DNA of 64,000 nucleotides from an uncultured cyanobacterium (lineage in GTDB: Bacteria; Cyanobacteriota; Cyanobacteriia; Cyanobacteriales; CAWCAG01), in contig CAWDOD010000010.1 in the NCBI GenBank assembly GCA_963803805.1, positions 256,001 to 320,000 on the forward strand. Direction: 5' to 3'. Position 1 is the first letter of the stretch; each line of letters starts with the position of its first letter. Position numbers and translations under genes: made by a program. The notes under the pieces are model-generated. The model did no database searches. It saw nothing but the letters and a program-made list of their open reading frames with translations, and was not told where the DNA came from. Of the stretch, positions 38,782 to 49,016 are shown in pieces.

Positions 38782-39148
38782 TCGTTATTTATTAGATACA
38801 AATGCCATTATTGCCCTGTTGCAAGGAGATTCTAACCTCATTAAACTACTTCATAATACGGAATGGATTGGTATTTCTGTCATCAGTCATTTAGAATTTC
38901 TTGCTTTTAGTGGCTTAACGGAAGCAGATAAACGACTATTTCAACAATTTTTGCAGCGAGTGGAAGTCATCGATTTATCTAGTCAAGATAAATCCCTCAT
39001 CAAGCAAATTATTTCCATTCGCCAACAATATCGCTTAAAACTACCGGATGCAATTATTGCTGCAATGGCAAGTCAAAAATCCGCAAAACTAGTAACCCGT
39101 GATGTTCAATTAAACAAGATTACCGATTTAACAGTTATCAATTGGTGA
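38771..39148 (+). CDS. vapC: PIN-domain toxin VapC
   Basis: YLLDTNAII, ISHLE, LKLPDAIIAA, LVTRD. Confidence 0.92.
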   Translation: MSGNRYLLDTNAIIALLQGDSNLIKLLHNTEWIGISVISHLEFLAFSGLTEADKRLFQQFLQRVEVIDLSSQDKSLIKQIISIRQQYRLKLPDAIIAAMASQKSAKLVTRDVQLNKITDLTVINW

Positions 39149-39482
39149 TCACAAATCCAGTTACAAAAAATCTGTTATGAAATCTAGAGGGTAAAGCTTT
39201 CTAACCCCTTTGCCCCTTCCCTATTAGTAAGACCAAGTGAATTGCTAAAAACTAGTTTGTTGATAAAAAAGAGGCTTTTTCTTACTTGATTTTCTTTTTC
39301 TTTGCTGATAGTATGGTTTAAGGGAGAATAGATGGTTTTGAAAATAAAATTGCGTCTATTCCCATTATTCAAAATAATTTTATCTTATCAAGGTAAAACC
39401 CGATTAAAGTTTAAAAAAACTTAACAACTTCTCTTTACTATGTGAGCGCTTCACTGCACCTGAAGGGTATTGCACTCCTCGC

Positions 39483-39557
39483 GTAGGTTGGGTTGAGGTA
39501 ACGAAACCCAACACCCATAGGTCTTTGTTGGGTTTGACTTTGTGCAACCCAACCTAC
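39483..39557. repeat. REP-like palindromic element GTAGGTTGGGTTG...CAACCCAACCTAC
   Basis: 13-bp perfect terminal IR starting with GTAG, inner AAACCCAAC/GTTGGGTTT IR. Confidence 0.75.
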
Positions 39558-39566
39558 AGAAGAATC

Positions 39567-42500
39567 TTATTCCTCATTCCCTGCCAGCAAATCCTGCAAA
39601 GTTGTCGGGTCAGCAATGCCCTGTAAAATAGCACGGATGGTAACAGCATCCTCATAATTCAAATCCTCAAGAAAAACATCTTCATCCCTTTCCCCTGCAA
39701 GGATTTGTCGAATTGCTGTTACTAAATTAACCCAACCTTTATTCACATAGGGTTCCAACAGTTCTTCCAACTGCTGCCTACGCTCACTATCACTCACCGT
39801 AGCCACAACCATGCCAATTAACTTACTATAGTTCCGTAACTCATACCTCGTACCAGTAAAATTCCACTTCGCTTCCCTGGCTAAACGGCTATACTCCCTG
39901 GCTTGGGAGCTTTTTCCTTGCTTCTGTGCAATTCGAGCCAATAGTTCGTAAATGTTCCAAATTTCTGCTACTGCGGGGTCTAAAGTTTTGCTTATTGTTA
40001 AGGCTTCCTCTGCTAACTGGCAAGCTTCTGAAAGGTTTTGAGTTTTTTTATAGAGAAAAAAGGCTAATCTAAAAAGTCTTGTTGACACCCTCACCATGTC
40101 ACCTACCTCTTTCCCTGCTTTAATCGATTTCCGAAACCAAGCTTCTGCATCTTTCAACTTCCCTATACCTATACAAAGCTGAGCTAAATTATGCCAAGTT
40201 CCTGCAGCTCCAGCTAAATTCCCTTGACTCTCACTAATCTGAGCAGACTGCCGATAGGCAAACTCTGCTGCTTCCCAAGCCTTAGCCTCATAGTGTACAT
40301 TACCTAGTTGATTCCAAGAACTTGCTTCTAATTCCGGTGCCTCTATCTTTTGGAAATTTTCTAGAGCAGCTTGGTAAAACTTATGTGCTTCTAGGAGTTT
40401 GCCTTGCTTTAGTGCAAGAGTTCCTAGATTCGCCTGAACCAGAGCTTCGTCTCTCTCATTACCTATTTTCTGATAAGTAGTCAGTGATAGCTCGTAGTTT
40501 TTTCTCGCATCCTCAAGCTTTCCCATTTGCATCATTACCTCAGCTAACTCGGAATGCAAAGCTCCTATCATTGTCTGTATTGTTTGGCTTTGTTCTGATT
40601 CTGATGCTACATCTAAAGCCTGGCGATACTTTACTGTGGCTAGATTTACTTTTCCCTGAGCTTGTAAACAGCTACCCAGCATATATAAAAGAGCGCATAG
40701 CTCATCATTGTAAATATTGCCTATGTTTGCCAAGATAGATTTACATACCAAAGTGGCTTCTTGATAGTGTCCAGCATAGAATAGCTCTTCAACCTTATAG
40801 CTTTGGGCAAGATACCAACTCCGGGAGTTTACACCTTGAACTAGTTGTTGAACTTTCTCTATTAGTTGCAAAATTTTAAAAGTCAATCCTAAAACACGGA
40901 GAAAATGACTTACACTATCAACAAACTGCACAACATAGTTTGCCTTAAGTATTAAAGTCTCCTCTACAGCATTGAGGAGGTTAGGTAGTTCCCGTTTAGC
41001 AATAGCGCGGGCTTGGTGAGGGTTTTTCTCATCTTCATCGTAAAGGTAGCCAGCAAGTTGATAATAAGCCTGACAGTAACTCTCCTGTAGAGAGGCAATG
41101 TTGCTACTTCCATCCTGGCGTAAAATAGGGGTTAAAGTCGGATGAAACTTGAGGTATGGTGATTTCCATCCTGGAAGTATTTCCGCTTTAATCAAACCTG
41201 CATTTTCCAAAGCTGGGCGTAACTGCTGCCATTGTTCTTCAGTAAATAATTTCATCACCCCAGTAATCATAAATTCCCAAACCCCACCCTGAAAAACCCC
41301 CAACTTCGGCAACAATCCCTGCACCTCCTCCGGTAACATCTGTAAAGACAACCGCAAAGAAGCTAGCAAACTAACATTCTTATCCTCACTATTCGCCGTC
41401 GCTGCGATCGTCTCCTCAATCAACTTCTCCAAACTTCCTTCCACTTCCCCTATTCGTCGCACTTTCAACTGATTAGCTAACAAACCAATAGACAAAGGAT
41501 GAAAATCCACTAGACGGAATAGTTTTAACAACTCCCTCCGTTGTGGTAAAGCAAATAAAGGTTCTGAGGGTAACTTCATTAACTCCTGAAAATAACTCAA
41601 AGCATCTTCTCTCCCCAATCCTGACAAAGCCAAAGGAATATGTTTGCGACTACCAGAATTAGGATAACCAGGATGGTTTAAACTTCCTTGCCTGGTAGTG
41701 ATCAGCAAGCGATTCTCCCCAATTTCTGACCATTGCTGCGCCACTGTCAGCAACTCTTGTAAAGCTTCAGGAGAGAGTGTTTCTAAATTGTCTAGGATTA
41801 ATAGTAGAGAGCGGTTTTTGTGGTGCGATCGCAAATAATTCCCCACCGCCCCAACATCGACAAAACTATTTTCCAAAACCACTCCCAAACTACTAACCGC
41901 CCAACCTACCGCATCAATACCTTGAAAAGCGGCGTAATCCACAAAACAAACATGACTAAACATTCCTGTACGCTGTAACCATCGCCCTGCTTCCTGTACC
42001 AGATAGGTTTTTCCCTGTCCCCCAAAACCAGTAACGGTGATACGCTTTGTACCTCTGACAAAAGCCGTTTCAATCTGCCATAATTCCTCGCTCCTACCCC
42101 AAAATCCTGCTTCTTGTACCTCTGGCAAATTATGGTTAAGGGTTTCTTCTTCTTCCTCCGCAACTTCCCCCGGTTGCAACAAAGGTGTATCCACTCCAGA
42201 CTGATACAAAGTCGGCAAAAACCAATCCTGCATCTTCATAGTAATTCGGTCTTGCCCTCGCTGCCTTTCTCCCCTGCCAGTATTACGGTACAAATTCCGT
42301 CGGGCATTATCCAAAGCTTCTCCAGTACCTTCCCCAGCTACTAAACGAGTATAAAACTCAGCAAAAAACTGCTGGGCTGTTTTCACCAAAACTGAATAAC
42401 TCATAGCAATAACTGAAGGAATCCCCGCATGGGTTAACCTTGCCGCGATAGTTCCCATGGCATCTTCCCCTGCTACTTGGGACGATTGACAAGCAGAGAG

Positions 42501-43376
42501 TACCATCAAACCTACTTCCTCTTCATTGAGCATATCTGCTAAGGTAATAGCGCTTACTAAGGCTGATTTTCCTTCAGAATCTTCAAAGAGGAGATAACCT
42601 AGATTACCTTTTTTCCCTTCTCCTTTTGTTGCCGCAGCCGGGTCAGTATTTTTAGCCAGTTCCCAAAGTCTACCATCAGAGTCAAAAGTACCATGACCAT
42701 CAAAATGAATCATATCTACAGCCGGCTTACGGCGATCCTCTAACCTTTTCGTCAGGCTATCCAAGGTTGCTGGACGTAAAAACTCAACCTCAACAATACC
42801 TGGAGCGTTTTCATCAATAGCATCTAAAACAGGTTTAGCCTCACCACGGGGATCAATAAAACCTGCATCGCTAGGACGACTGACAATATAAAGAATCCGT
42901 AGTTTCTGCTTTGGCTCCACTTCAAAAGGTAAATCCCCACCACCAGCCCCAGCTAAACGCCTACGGATAGGCATACGAGGTTTAGAATGGAGCAGATAGG
43001 TTTTTTCTGGATCGTGGAGTAGTTCCCAGGGCAAAGAAAGAATAGCTGGATGTTCAGCACTGATAGTAATGAAACCAACTTCTCTGTTTTCCTTTCTTTT
43101 CCTTTTAAAATTCTCAAACAGCCTTTGGGCAGTTAAACTCGGAAATGCAGCTTCAAATAGGGCTTTTCCCCACTGAGGTAGCTTTTCCTCAATGCGCCTA
43201 GCACTCTCATCATCCACATCAGTAGTGTAGCTGCTAGCATAAACTTCAAGATACCAACGAATATCCTCGTAGTCTTCCGGTTGTAAGGGAGAAACAAATT
43301 CTAAGGTTTTGGTTTCTTGTTCAGCAAATTGAACTATTACTTGTTGAGGAGAAGGGAAACGGAGATTAAGTTTCAT
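39567..43376 (-). CDS. CHAT (caspase-like protease) + STAND NTPase + TPR protein
   Basis: LPWELL, HFDGHG and LSACQS (His/Cys dyad); FWGRSEEL, GFGGQGKT, LILDNLE, ITTR, HPLSI; multiple TPRs; start taken at MKLNL (43376), alternative 43415. Confidence 0.9.
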   Translation of the reverse strand: MKLNLRFPSPQQVIVQFAEQETKTLEFVSPLQPEDYEDIRWYLEVYASSYTTDVDDESARRIEEKLPQWGKALFEAAFPSLTAQRLFENFKRKRKENREVGFITISAEHPAILSLPWELLHDPEKTYLLHSKPRMPIRRRLAGAGGGDLPFEVEPKQKLRILYIVSRPSDAGFIDPRGEAKPVLDAIDENAPGIVEVEFLRPATLDSLTKRLEDRRKPAVDMIHFDGHGTFDSDGRLWELAKNTDPAAATKGEGKKGNLGYLLFEDSEGKSALVSAITLADMLNEEEVGLMVLSACQSSQVAGEDAMGTIAARLTHAGIPSVIAMSYSVLVKTAQQFFAEFYTRLVAGEGTGEALDNARRNLYRNTGRGERQRGQDRITMKMQDWFLPTLYQSGVDTPLLQPGEVAEEEEETLNHNLPEVQEAGFWGRSEELWQIETAFVRGTKRITVTGFGGQGKTYLVQEAGRWLQRTGMFSHVCFVDYAAFQGIDAVGWAVSSLGVVLENSFVDVGAVGNYLRSHHKNRSLLLILDNLETLSPEALQELLTVAQQWSEIGENRLLITTRQGSLNHPGYPNSGSRKHIPLALSGLGREDALSYFQELMKLPSEPLFALPQRRELLKLFRLVDFHPLSIGLLANQLKVRRIGEVEGSLEKLIEETIAATANSEDKNVSLLASLRLSLQMLPEEVQGLLPKLGVFQGGVWEFMITGVMKLFTEEQWQQLRPALENAGLIKAEILPGWKSPYLKFHPTLTPILRQDGSSNIASLQESYCQAYYQLAGYLYDEDEKNPHQARAIAKRELPNLLNAVEETLILKANYVVQFVDSVSHFLRVLGLTFKILQLIEKVQQLVQGVNSRSWYLAQSYKVEELFYAGHYQEATLVCKSILANIGNIYNDELCALLYMLGSCLQAQGKVNLATVKYRQALDVASESEQSQTIQTMIGALHSELAEVMMQMGKLEDARKNYELSLTTYQKIGNERDEALVQANLGTLALKQGKLLEAHKFYQAALENFQKIEAPELEASSWNQLGNVHYEAKAWEAAEFAYRQSAQISESQGNLAGAAGTWHNLAQLCIGIGKLKDAEAWFRKSIKAGKEVGDMVRVSTRLFRLAFFLYKKTQNLSEACQLAEEALTISKTLDPAVAEIWNIYELLARIAQKQGKSSQAREYSRLAREAKWNFTGTRYELRNYSKLIGMVVATVSDSERRQQLEELLEPYVNKGWVNLVTAIRQILAGERDEDVFLEDLNYEDAVTIRAILQGIADPTTLQDLLAGNEE

Positions 43377-43467
43377 GGCGATGGCATCAGAGTTTGTTGT
43401 ATCTCTATTCCTCATGTTGCCATAACTAATTTTCCAGTTCTGTAGGAAAACTCTTAGCTAAGTTATT

Positions 43468-43881
43468 TTAAGCTATAGCTTTAGAACTGTTCTCAAGTGG
43501 TAAAAATACTGCTTGAGGTAACTTAAAAAATTTGGCTAACTCTTGAATATGGCGCACCGTTAATTTTCTTTTCCCATTTAAAATATCAGAAACAATAGAC
43601 TCAGTTTTAAATATGGGTACAAGGTCTTTTTGAAGCAAATCTCTTTCGGCTATTAAAACCTTTAATAGTTCTACCCCACTCAGATCAGGTACTGGTTCTG
43701 TTCTTCGTTCATAATCAAAAACCAGTGTTCCTAAAACATTGAGATAATCTGATTCTTCCGAACTTAAAGACGGACGATCCAATAACTTATCTATAACTGC
43801 AACTGTTTTATCCCATTCTTCATCTGAATTAATGGTATGAGGCGGGAATGTTTGTAGTAGCTGAAGATATTTGTCGGTCAT
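43468..43881 (-). CDS. higA: HigA-type antitoxin (HTH)
   Basis: FPPHTINSDEE, LVFDYE, QKDLVPIFKTESIVSDILNGKRKLT. Confidence 0.9.
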   Translation of the reverse strand: MTDKYLQLLQTFPPHTINSDEEWDKTVAVIDKLLDRPSLSSEESDYLNVLGTLVFDYERRTEPVPDLSGVELLKVLIAERDLLQKDLVPIFKTESIVSDILNGKRKLTVRHIQELAKFFKLPQAVFLPLENSSKAIA

Positions 43882-43972
43882 AAAAAGAGATATTTTTACA
43901 AAAAAGCTAGAAGAAATAAAGCATATTAAATAGATAAAGAGCTTGTTTTAATTACCTTAAACAGGCTATCGA

Positions 43973-44275
43973 TTACTGAGACCAATCATCTTTTTTCCAA
44001 TTTTCTTTGTCATATTCGGCATGAGTTGAAACATCTCGGATAAACACTTTGCTTTGATCGTAATCAATATAAGTAATTAAGCGAAAATTATTCCCTCCAA
44101 TGTTGAATACAACGAAGTTTTTTACCCGATCTGCTGAAGGAAAAGTTTGAACAATATCGTTAAAACACTGCCATTTATCAACAGTTGTTAATTTGTACCA
44201 ATACCGTAAACTTGCCTCCGCAGTAGGATGAGATTGCCAAAACTGCCTTAGCTTTTTAAGTGAGATGACGTGCAT
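43973..44275 (-). CDS. higB: HigB-type mRNA interferase toxin
   Basis: MHVISLKKLRQFW, FPSAD, VFNIGGNNFRLI, THAEYDK; toxin upstream of antitoxin. Confidence 0.92.
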   Translation of the reverse strand: MHVISLKKLRQFWQSHPTAEASLRYWYKLTTVDKWQCFNDIVQTFPSADRVKNFVVFNIGGNNFRLITYIDYDQSKVFIRDVSTHAEYDKENWKKDDWSQ

Positions 44276-44404
44276 TCAGTTTCCTTATTTTATAAGTTTA
44301 AGGGTTGCATCATCTCTTCTAGCTATTTTAAGCTCATTTCTCCAACTTCGCAATTTGCTAAGTTGGAGTCAATGGAAATATAGCTTGCTAATTTCCTAAC
44401 TGAC

Positions 44405-45646
44405 TTAAGTAGCAAATTCGTCTAAAAGAAAATCCCATAACCGACAAGCCAACGCTAACTTAGAACAAGGTGCAATAGTTTGCTTCTTACCATCAGCCGT
44501 AATAATCATCCCTTCATTAATATCACTAGCAAAACCAGATTCGGCTTTATCTATAGGATTAGCAACAATGGCATCAAGCTTCTTTCTTTGTAACTTTTCC
44601 CAAGCTGGGGTAACAATCTCCCCTGTTTGTGCGGCAAAACCAATTAACTTTTGCTGAGACTGTTTGCGTTGCCCCAATTCTGCCACAATATCCGTTACAG
44701 GAGTTAAAGGTAAGCTAGCGGGTAAAGACTTTTTTGGTAACTTTTCTGAACTATACTCGGTTGGTTTAACATCAGCCACCGCCGCCGCCATAACTGTCCA
44801 ATCTGCATCTGGAAATGCAGCTAACATCGCTTCTTGCATTTCTGCTGCACTGACTACCCCTATAGTTTTTACCTGTTGAGGTAAATGAGTTAGTAACTCC
44901 TTTCCCATGGGACTATGAACAAAGGTTACTGCTGCCCCACGATAGAAGGCAGCTTGTGCTAAAGCTAAACCCATTTTACCAGTGGAAGGGTTGCCCAAAA
45001 AGCGTACAGGATCTAAATATTCCCTTGTACCTCCAGCACTAATTAAAATCGACTTGCCGACTAAATCTTTTTCACCTTGAGGCAATAAACATTGTATCGC
45101 AGTCAATATTGCTTCTGGTTCTGCCATTCTACCTGCACCGACGCGATCGCAAGCTAGCAATCCTGAATTAGGACTTAAACTAAGATAACGTTTCTGCTCG
45201 GTTAATTGTTGCCAGTTGCGTTGCACCGTCACTTGTTGCCACATTTCCGTATTCATCGCCGGAGCAAGAAGTACCGGGCAAGTGGAAGCGAGGATAATAT
45301 TAGTTAAAAGGTTATCTGCCAAACCATAATTTAACTTAGCCAAAGTGTTAGCAGTTAAGGGAGCAATGATGATAATTTCTGCCCATTCTCCTAATTCAAT
45401 ATGCAAAGGGCGTTCATATAAAGGTTGCCAAAAATCCTCATCTCGATAAGCACGATGACGACTTAAGGTAGATACGGTTAAAGGGGTAATAAATTCTTCA
45501 GCAGCCGAGGTTAAAACTACTCTTACTTCCGCCCCAGCTTGGAAAAGTTGGGAAATTAAAGTACAAACTTTATAAGCGGCAATTCCCCCACCTATCAAGA
45601 GTAAAATTCGTTTTCCGCGTAATAATTCTGAAGCAGTGTTTGACAT
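44405..45646 (-). CDS. coaBC: Bifunctional phosphopantothenoylcysteine decarboxylase/ligase
   Basis: [47 protein letters not shown]. Confidence 0.97.
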   Translation of the reverse strand: MSNTASELLRGKRILLLIGGGIAAYKVCTLISQLFQAGAEVRVVLTSAAEEFITPLTVSTLSRHRAYRDEDFWQPLYERPLHIELGEWAEIIIIAPLTANTLAKLNYGLADNLLTNIILASTCPVLLAPAMNTEMWQQVTVQRNWQQLTEQKRYLSLSPNSGLLACDRVGAGRMAEPEAILTAIQCLLPQGEKDLVGKSILISAGGTREYLDPVRFLGNPSTGKMGLALAQAAFYRGAAVTFVHSPMGKELLTHLPQQVKTIGVVSAAEMQEAMLAAFPDADWTVMAAAVADVKPTEYSSEKLPKKSLPASLPLTPVTDIVAELGQRKQSQQKLIGFAAQTGEIVTPAWEKLQRKKLDAIVANPIDKAESGFASDINEGMIITADGKKQTIAPCSKLALACRLWDFLLDEFAT

Positions 45647-45822
45647 TACGAGGAGACAACCAGAAACGCTACTATAAATGTTAAATGATCAACGCCAAAT
45701 GATGCCAAATCCGGTTATCAAAAAACTAGCGTAAAATCTCAGGACAAAGTTCTCTCTTCTCCCTGCTGCCTACTTCCTACTCCCTATCCTAACAATACAA
45801 TCTAAATACCTGACAACTTAGT

Positions 45823-46632
45823 ATGATTTCCCCCTTCCCTGGCATGAATCCTTATTTAGAAAATCCGCGACTTTGGCCACAAGTTCACAAACGGCTAATT
45901 GTTGAGATAGCTGATGCCATGAATCCCCAACTACTACCTCAGTATTGGATGTCTATTGAAGAAAGGGTTTATCAAACTACAGCAACCAACGGCGAAGATT
46001 CTTTACTTGTGGGTATTCCTGATAATGTAGTTATCCAAACTTCTACTACAAAAACTTACCCTAGGGCAACCGCAACCGCAAGTATAGCCAAAGTACAACC
46101 CCAGATAATTAAGTTACCAACACCCCAGCCAGTTAAGGAATGGTATTTAGAGTTACAAGATGCAGAAAGTAAGAAAGTTGTTACCGTAATTGAGATACTT
46201 TCTCCTAAGAATAAAAGAGTAGGGGAAGGTCGTCAAAGTTATCAAAGCAAACGTCAACAGATTTTAGCAAGTAATACTCATTTAATTGAAATTGATTTGT
46301 TACGGCAAGGCAAAAGTTTGCCGATGGGAAGCGAAGATATTACAAGTGATTACCGCATCTTGGTTAGTAGAAGTTACCAACGTCCCCAAGCAGATTTGTA
46401 CGCTTTTGACCTTATGACAGAAATTCCGGCTATTCCTCTACCCATAGCACAACAGGAAAAACAAATAACTGAACCAATAATTCCTTTACAAGAAATACTT
46501 AACTCAATCTATCAAAAAGCAGGCTATGGATTAGTTATTGATTATAATCTCAATCCAACCCCTCGCCTAAGTAAATCGGCAACTACTTGGCTAGAAGAAC
46601 TATTAAAGGAGAAAGGTTTGAGAAATATTTAA
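45823..46632 (+). CDS. DUF4058 family protein (restriction-endonuclease-like fold)
   Basis: SPFPGMNPYLE, VIEILSPKNK, HLIEIDLLR. Confidence 0.9.
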   Translation: MISPFPGMNPYLENPRLWPQVHKRLIVEIADAMNPQLLPQYWMSIEERVYQTTATNGEDSLLVGIPDNVVIQTSTTKTYPRATATASIAKVQPQIIKLPTPQPVKEWYLELQDAESKKVVTVIEILSPKNKRVGEGRQSYQSKRQQILASNTHLIEIDLLRQGKSLPMGSEDITSDYRILVSRSYQRPQADLYAFDLMTEIPAIPLPIAQQEKQITEPIIPLQEILNSIYQKAGYGLVIDYNLNPTPRLSKSATTWLEELLKEKGLRNI

Positions 46633-46832
46633 AAAAGATTAGACATTGCCTCAATCACTGCTGCGTTTAACTGACTCTTCTTTACTGTCGCTTCTTTTTC
46701 TGGCTTCGGCAATTGTGGTTTAGCTGCGGTAACGACATCTTCAAATAAGCAATCTTTTGACTCTTTTGCGTTACCAAAAAGCTTGTTTTCGTTAGGAAAA
46801 AAGGCAGAATTCGCTGTGGTTGAAATATTCAT
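46629..46832 (-). CDS. Small hypothetical protein
   Basis: 67-aa ORF with AGAGAAG upstream; no recognisable motif. Confidence 0.4.
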   Translation of the reverse strand: MNISTTANSAFFPNENKLFGNAKESKDCLFEDVVTAAKPQLPKPEKEATVKKSQLNAAVIEAMSNLF

Positions 46833-47072
46833 ATCTTCTCTGTGCCAGGTATGCTTAACTTGTATATTTACATTTTCTCTAACTTATGTTTGCGATCGCG
46901 GTCATACACAAGTATATTTTTGGTGTTATGTGTATAACTTAGGTATGATTTTTTGTAAATAGAGATATTCAGCCTAAATTCACATTTTCATAGATCACAT
47001 AAAATCTTCATACGAGGCTCTCAAAGTAATTTCAGCAACAAAATTAGGCTCAATTTTGCAATTAAACAATTT

Positions 47073-48779
47073 TTATAGAGAAGTGGTGGCATAATCTACC
47101 AACTCTAAAAGTTTATGGCGTAAAGTTGCAAAACCCAGGCGATCGCTTGCCGACACAAACACTGCCAAAGGAAATTCTTCTGCTGCCTGGTTGATAACTT
47201 GTGCATCTACTTGGTCAATTTTATTAAAGACAATCAGCATTGGCCCTGGAGTAATGGGCATATCAGCAAGAATACTCGTTACAGAACGAATCTGACTTTG
47301 CCATGCTGGGTGAGACAAATTTACTAAATGAACCAAAGCATCAGCTTCTGTAACTTCTTCTAAGGTAGCCCGGAAAGCATCTACTAAAGCTGGGGGCAAT
47401 TCTTGAATAAATCCCACTGTATCTGTAAGTAAAATGTTACGGGATTGGCTTGTGGCTTTTTCACTAACAGCTAAGCGACGGGTAGTCGGGTCTAAGGTGG
47501 CAAAAAGCTGGTCGGCTGTATAAACTGTCCCTCCTGTTAAGGCATTGAGGAGAGTAGATTTACCTGCATTAGTATAACCAACAATCGCTACTGTCGGCAC
47601 TTCCTTTTGTTGTCTTCGCTGTCGCAGGCGAGAACGATGTGCTTGTAGTTGATTAACTTCTTTTTGCAACCTGGCTAAACGAGTTTGGATACTACGGCGT
47701 TCGGTTTCCAACTTTGTTTCCCCTGGCCCCCTTGTACCGATTCCTCCTCCTAAGCGGGACATAGCTTGACCACGCCCAGTAAGACGGGGCAACATATACT
47801 CTAATTGAGCCAATTCCACCTGCAATTTTCCGGCGCGAGATTGGGCCCGTTGAGCAAAAATATCAAGGATAACTTCTGTCCTATCCACCACCCGAATACC
47901 CATACGAGTTTCTAAATTACGAACTTGGGCGGGGGATAAGTCCCGATCAAAAGCTACCAAGTTTGCCCCTAATACCTGTGCGGTAAGGGCTATTTCTTGT
48001 ACTTTACCGGAACCAATTACAGTTTGGGGATGAGGGCGAGAACGTTTTTGCTTGATAGTTTCTAATACTTCACCCCCAGCAGTATTTACCAATCTAATTA
48101 ATTCGTCTAAACCGCGCTCAAATTGAGGTAGGGAAAGATTGTCTGTCATTAGCCCTACCAACACTACTCGTTCTTTATCTACATCAACATCCCTAGCTAT
48201 GTATTCGCGACGAAATTCAGATTCTAACCCTTCTACAAGATCGAGGAAATCTTGTTTATACAAGGCATCTAAACTTAAAGGAGGAGATAAATACCAACAA
48301 GCAAGATTACTATCATCAGTATCTTGTTGGGGAATGAGGTGAGCAAGATAAGCTTGTTTAACATAACCAGTTCCTCCCCCACCTCGACGTTGGAAACCTT
48401 CACCACTTAAGGTTAACATCACCAAAGCATCCAGTCTTTGCATCGCCATTGCTGTCAAGCTCGATTCTTTAGGAGTTTCAGCTTTAAGTTTAGTCGCAAT
48501 ACAACGAATACCAGATAGTCTCTCTGCACCATAACGAGGAAGTTCTAAGGGAGGAATTTGAGTTTGATGAGGACTACCAATTCCCACTCGCATGACCTGT
48601 CCTCGACGATTAATATAGACACAAACAGGTTGCTGTATTTCTTGGCTAATAGCTCCTAAGCGCTGAGCAAATTCTGGCGTAACCAAAAGTTCACGAGGGT
48701 TACGCTGATTATAAAGTCGTTGTAGTTGCTTAATCTGATTGGACTTGAGTCCTTTAAGATTACCGTAGATGGTATCGAT
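47073..48779 (-). CDS. hflX: Ribosome-splitting GTPase HflX (long cyanobacterial form) with probable ATC/ATT start
   Basis: LDIFAQRA, GPGETKLE, GYTNAGKS, LFATLDPT, DTVG, NKID; frame extends 31 codons upstream of the tracked TTG to IDTIYGNLKGLKSNQIKQLQRLY. Confidence 0.93.
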   Translation of the reverse strand: MDTIYGNLKGLKSNQIKQLQRLYNQRNPRELLVTPEFAQRLGAISQEIQQPVCVYINRRGQVMRVGIGSPHQTQIPPLELPRYGAERLSGIRCIATKLKAETPKESSLTAMAMQRLDALVMLTLSGEGFQRRGGGGTGYVKQAYLAHLIPQQDTDDSNLACWYLSPPLSLDALYKQDFLDLVEGLESEFRREYIARDVDVDKERVVLVGLMTDNLSLPQFERGLDELIRLVNTAGGEVLETIKQKRSRPHPQTVIGSGKVQEIALTAQVLGANLVAFDRDLSPAQVRNLETRMGIRVVDRTEVILDIFAQRAQSRAGKLQVELAQLEYMLPRLTGRGQAMSRLGGGIGTRGPGETKLETERRSIQTRLARLQKEVNQLQAHRSRLRQRRQQKEVPTVAIVGYTNAGKSTLLNALTGGTVYTADQLFATLDPTTRRLAVSEKATSQSRNILLTDTVGFIQELPPALVDAFRATLEEVTEADALVHLVNLSHPAWQSQIRSVTSILADMPITPGPMLIVFNKIDQVDAQVINQAAEEFPLAVFVSASDRLGFATLRHKLLELVDYATTSL

Positions 48780-49016
48780 AATGCTTTGATTATAGTAATT
48801 AAGGTTTCTTTAATTTCATTGTACTTACAGATAGTCACTCTGGGGTAATTGGTAATTGGTAATTGCTATTTGCTAGTTGCTAATCGCTAATGGTTGCTTT
48901 AGTACCAGAAGAAAAGTAAGAAGCAACATAACTTATTACTTATGGAGGGCGACCCAATTTGAACCCTGATTTGTCAATCATATTTGGGAAACGGGCCGCC
49001 TCTACTTAATTACTTA

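Noticed and set aside
39184-39372. 62-aa ORF between vapC and the CHAT gene, and similarly 14232-14417
   Set aside because: Low-complexity AT-rich ORFs without RBS or motifs
48656-48838. 60-aa ORF upstream of hflX as a leader peptide
   Set aside because: Out of frame over the conserved HflX N-terminal extension, and its start lies upstream of the likely -10 box
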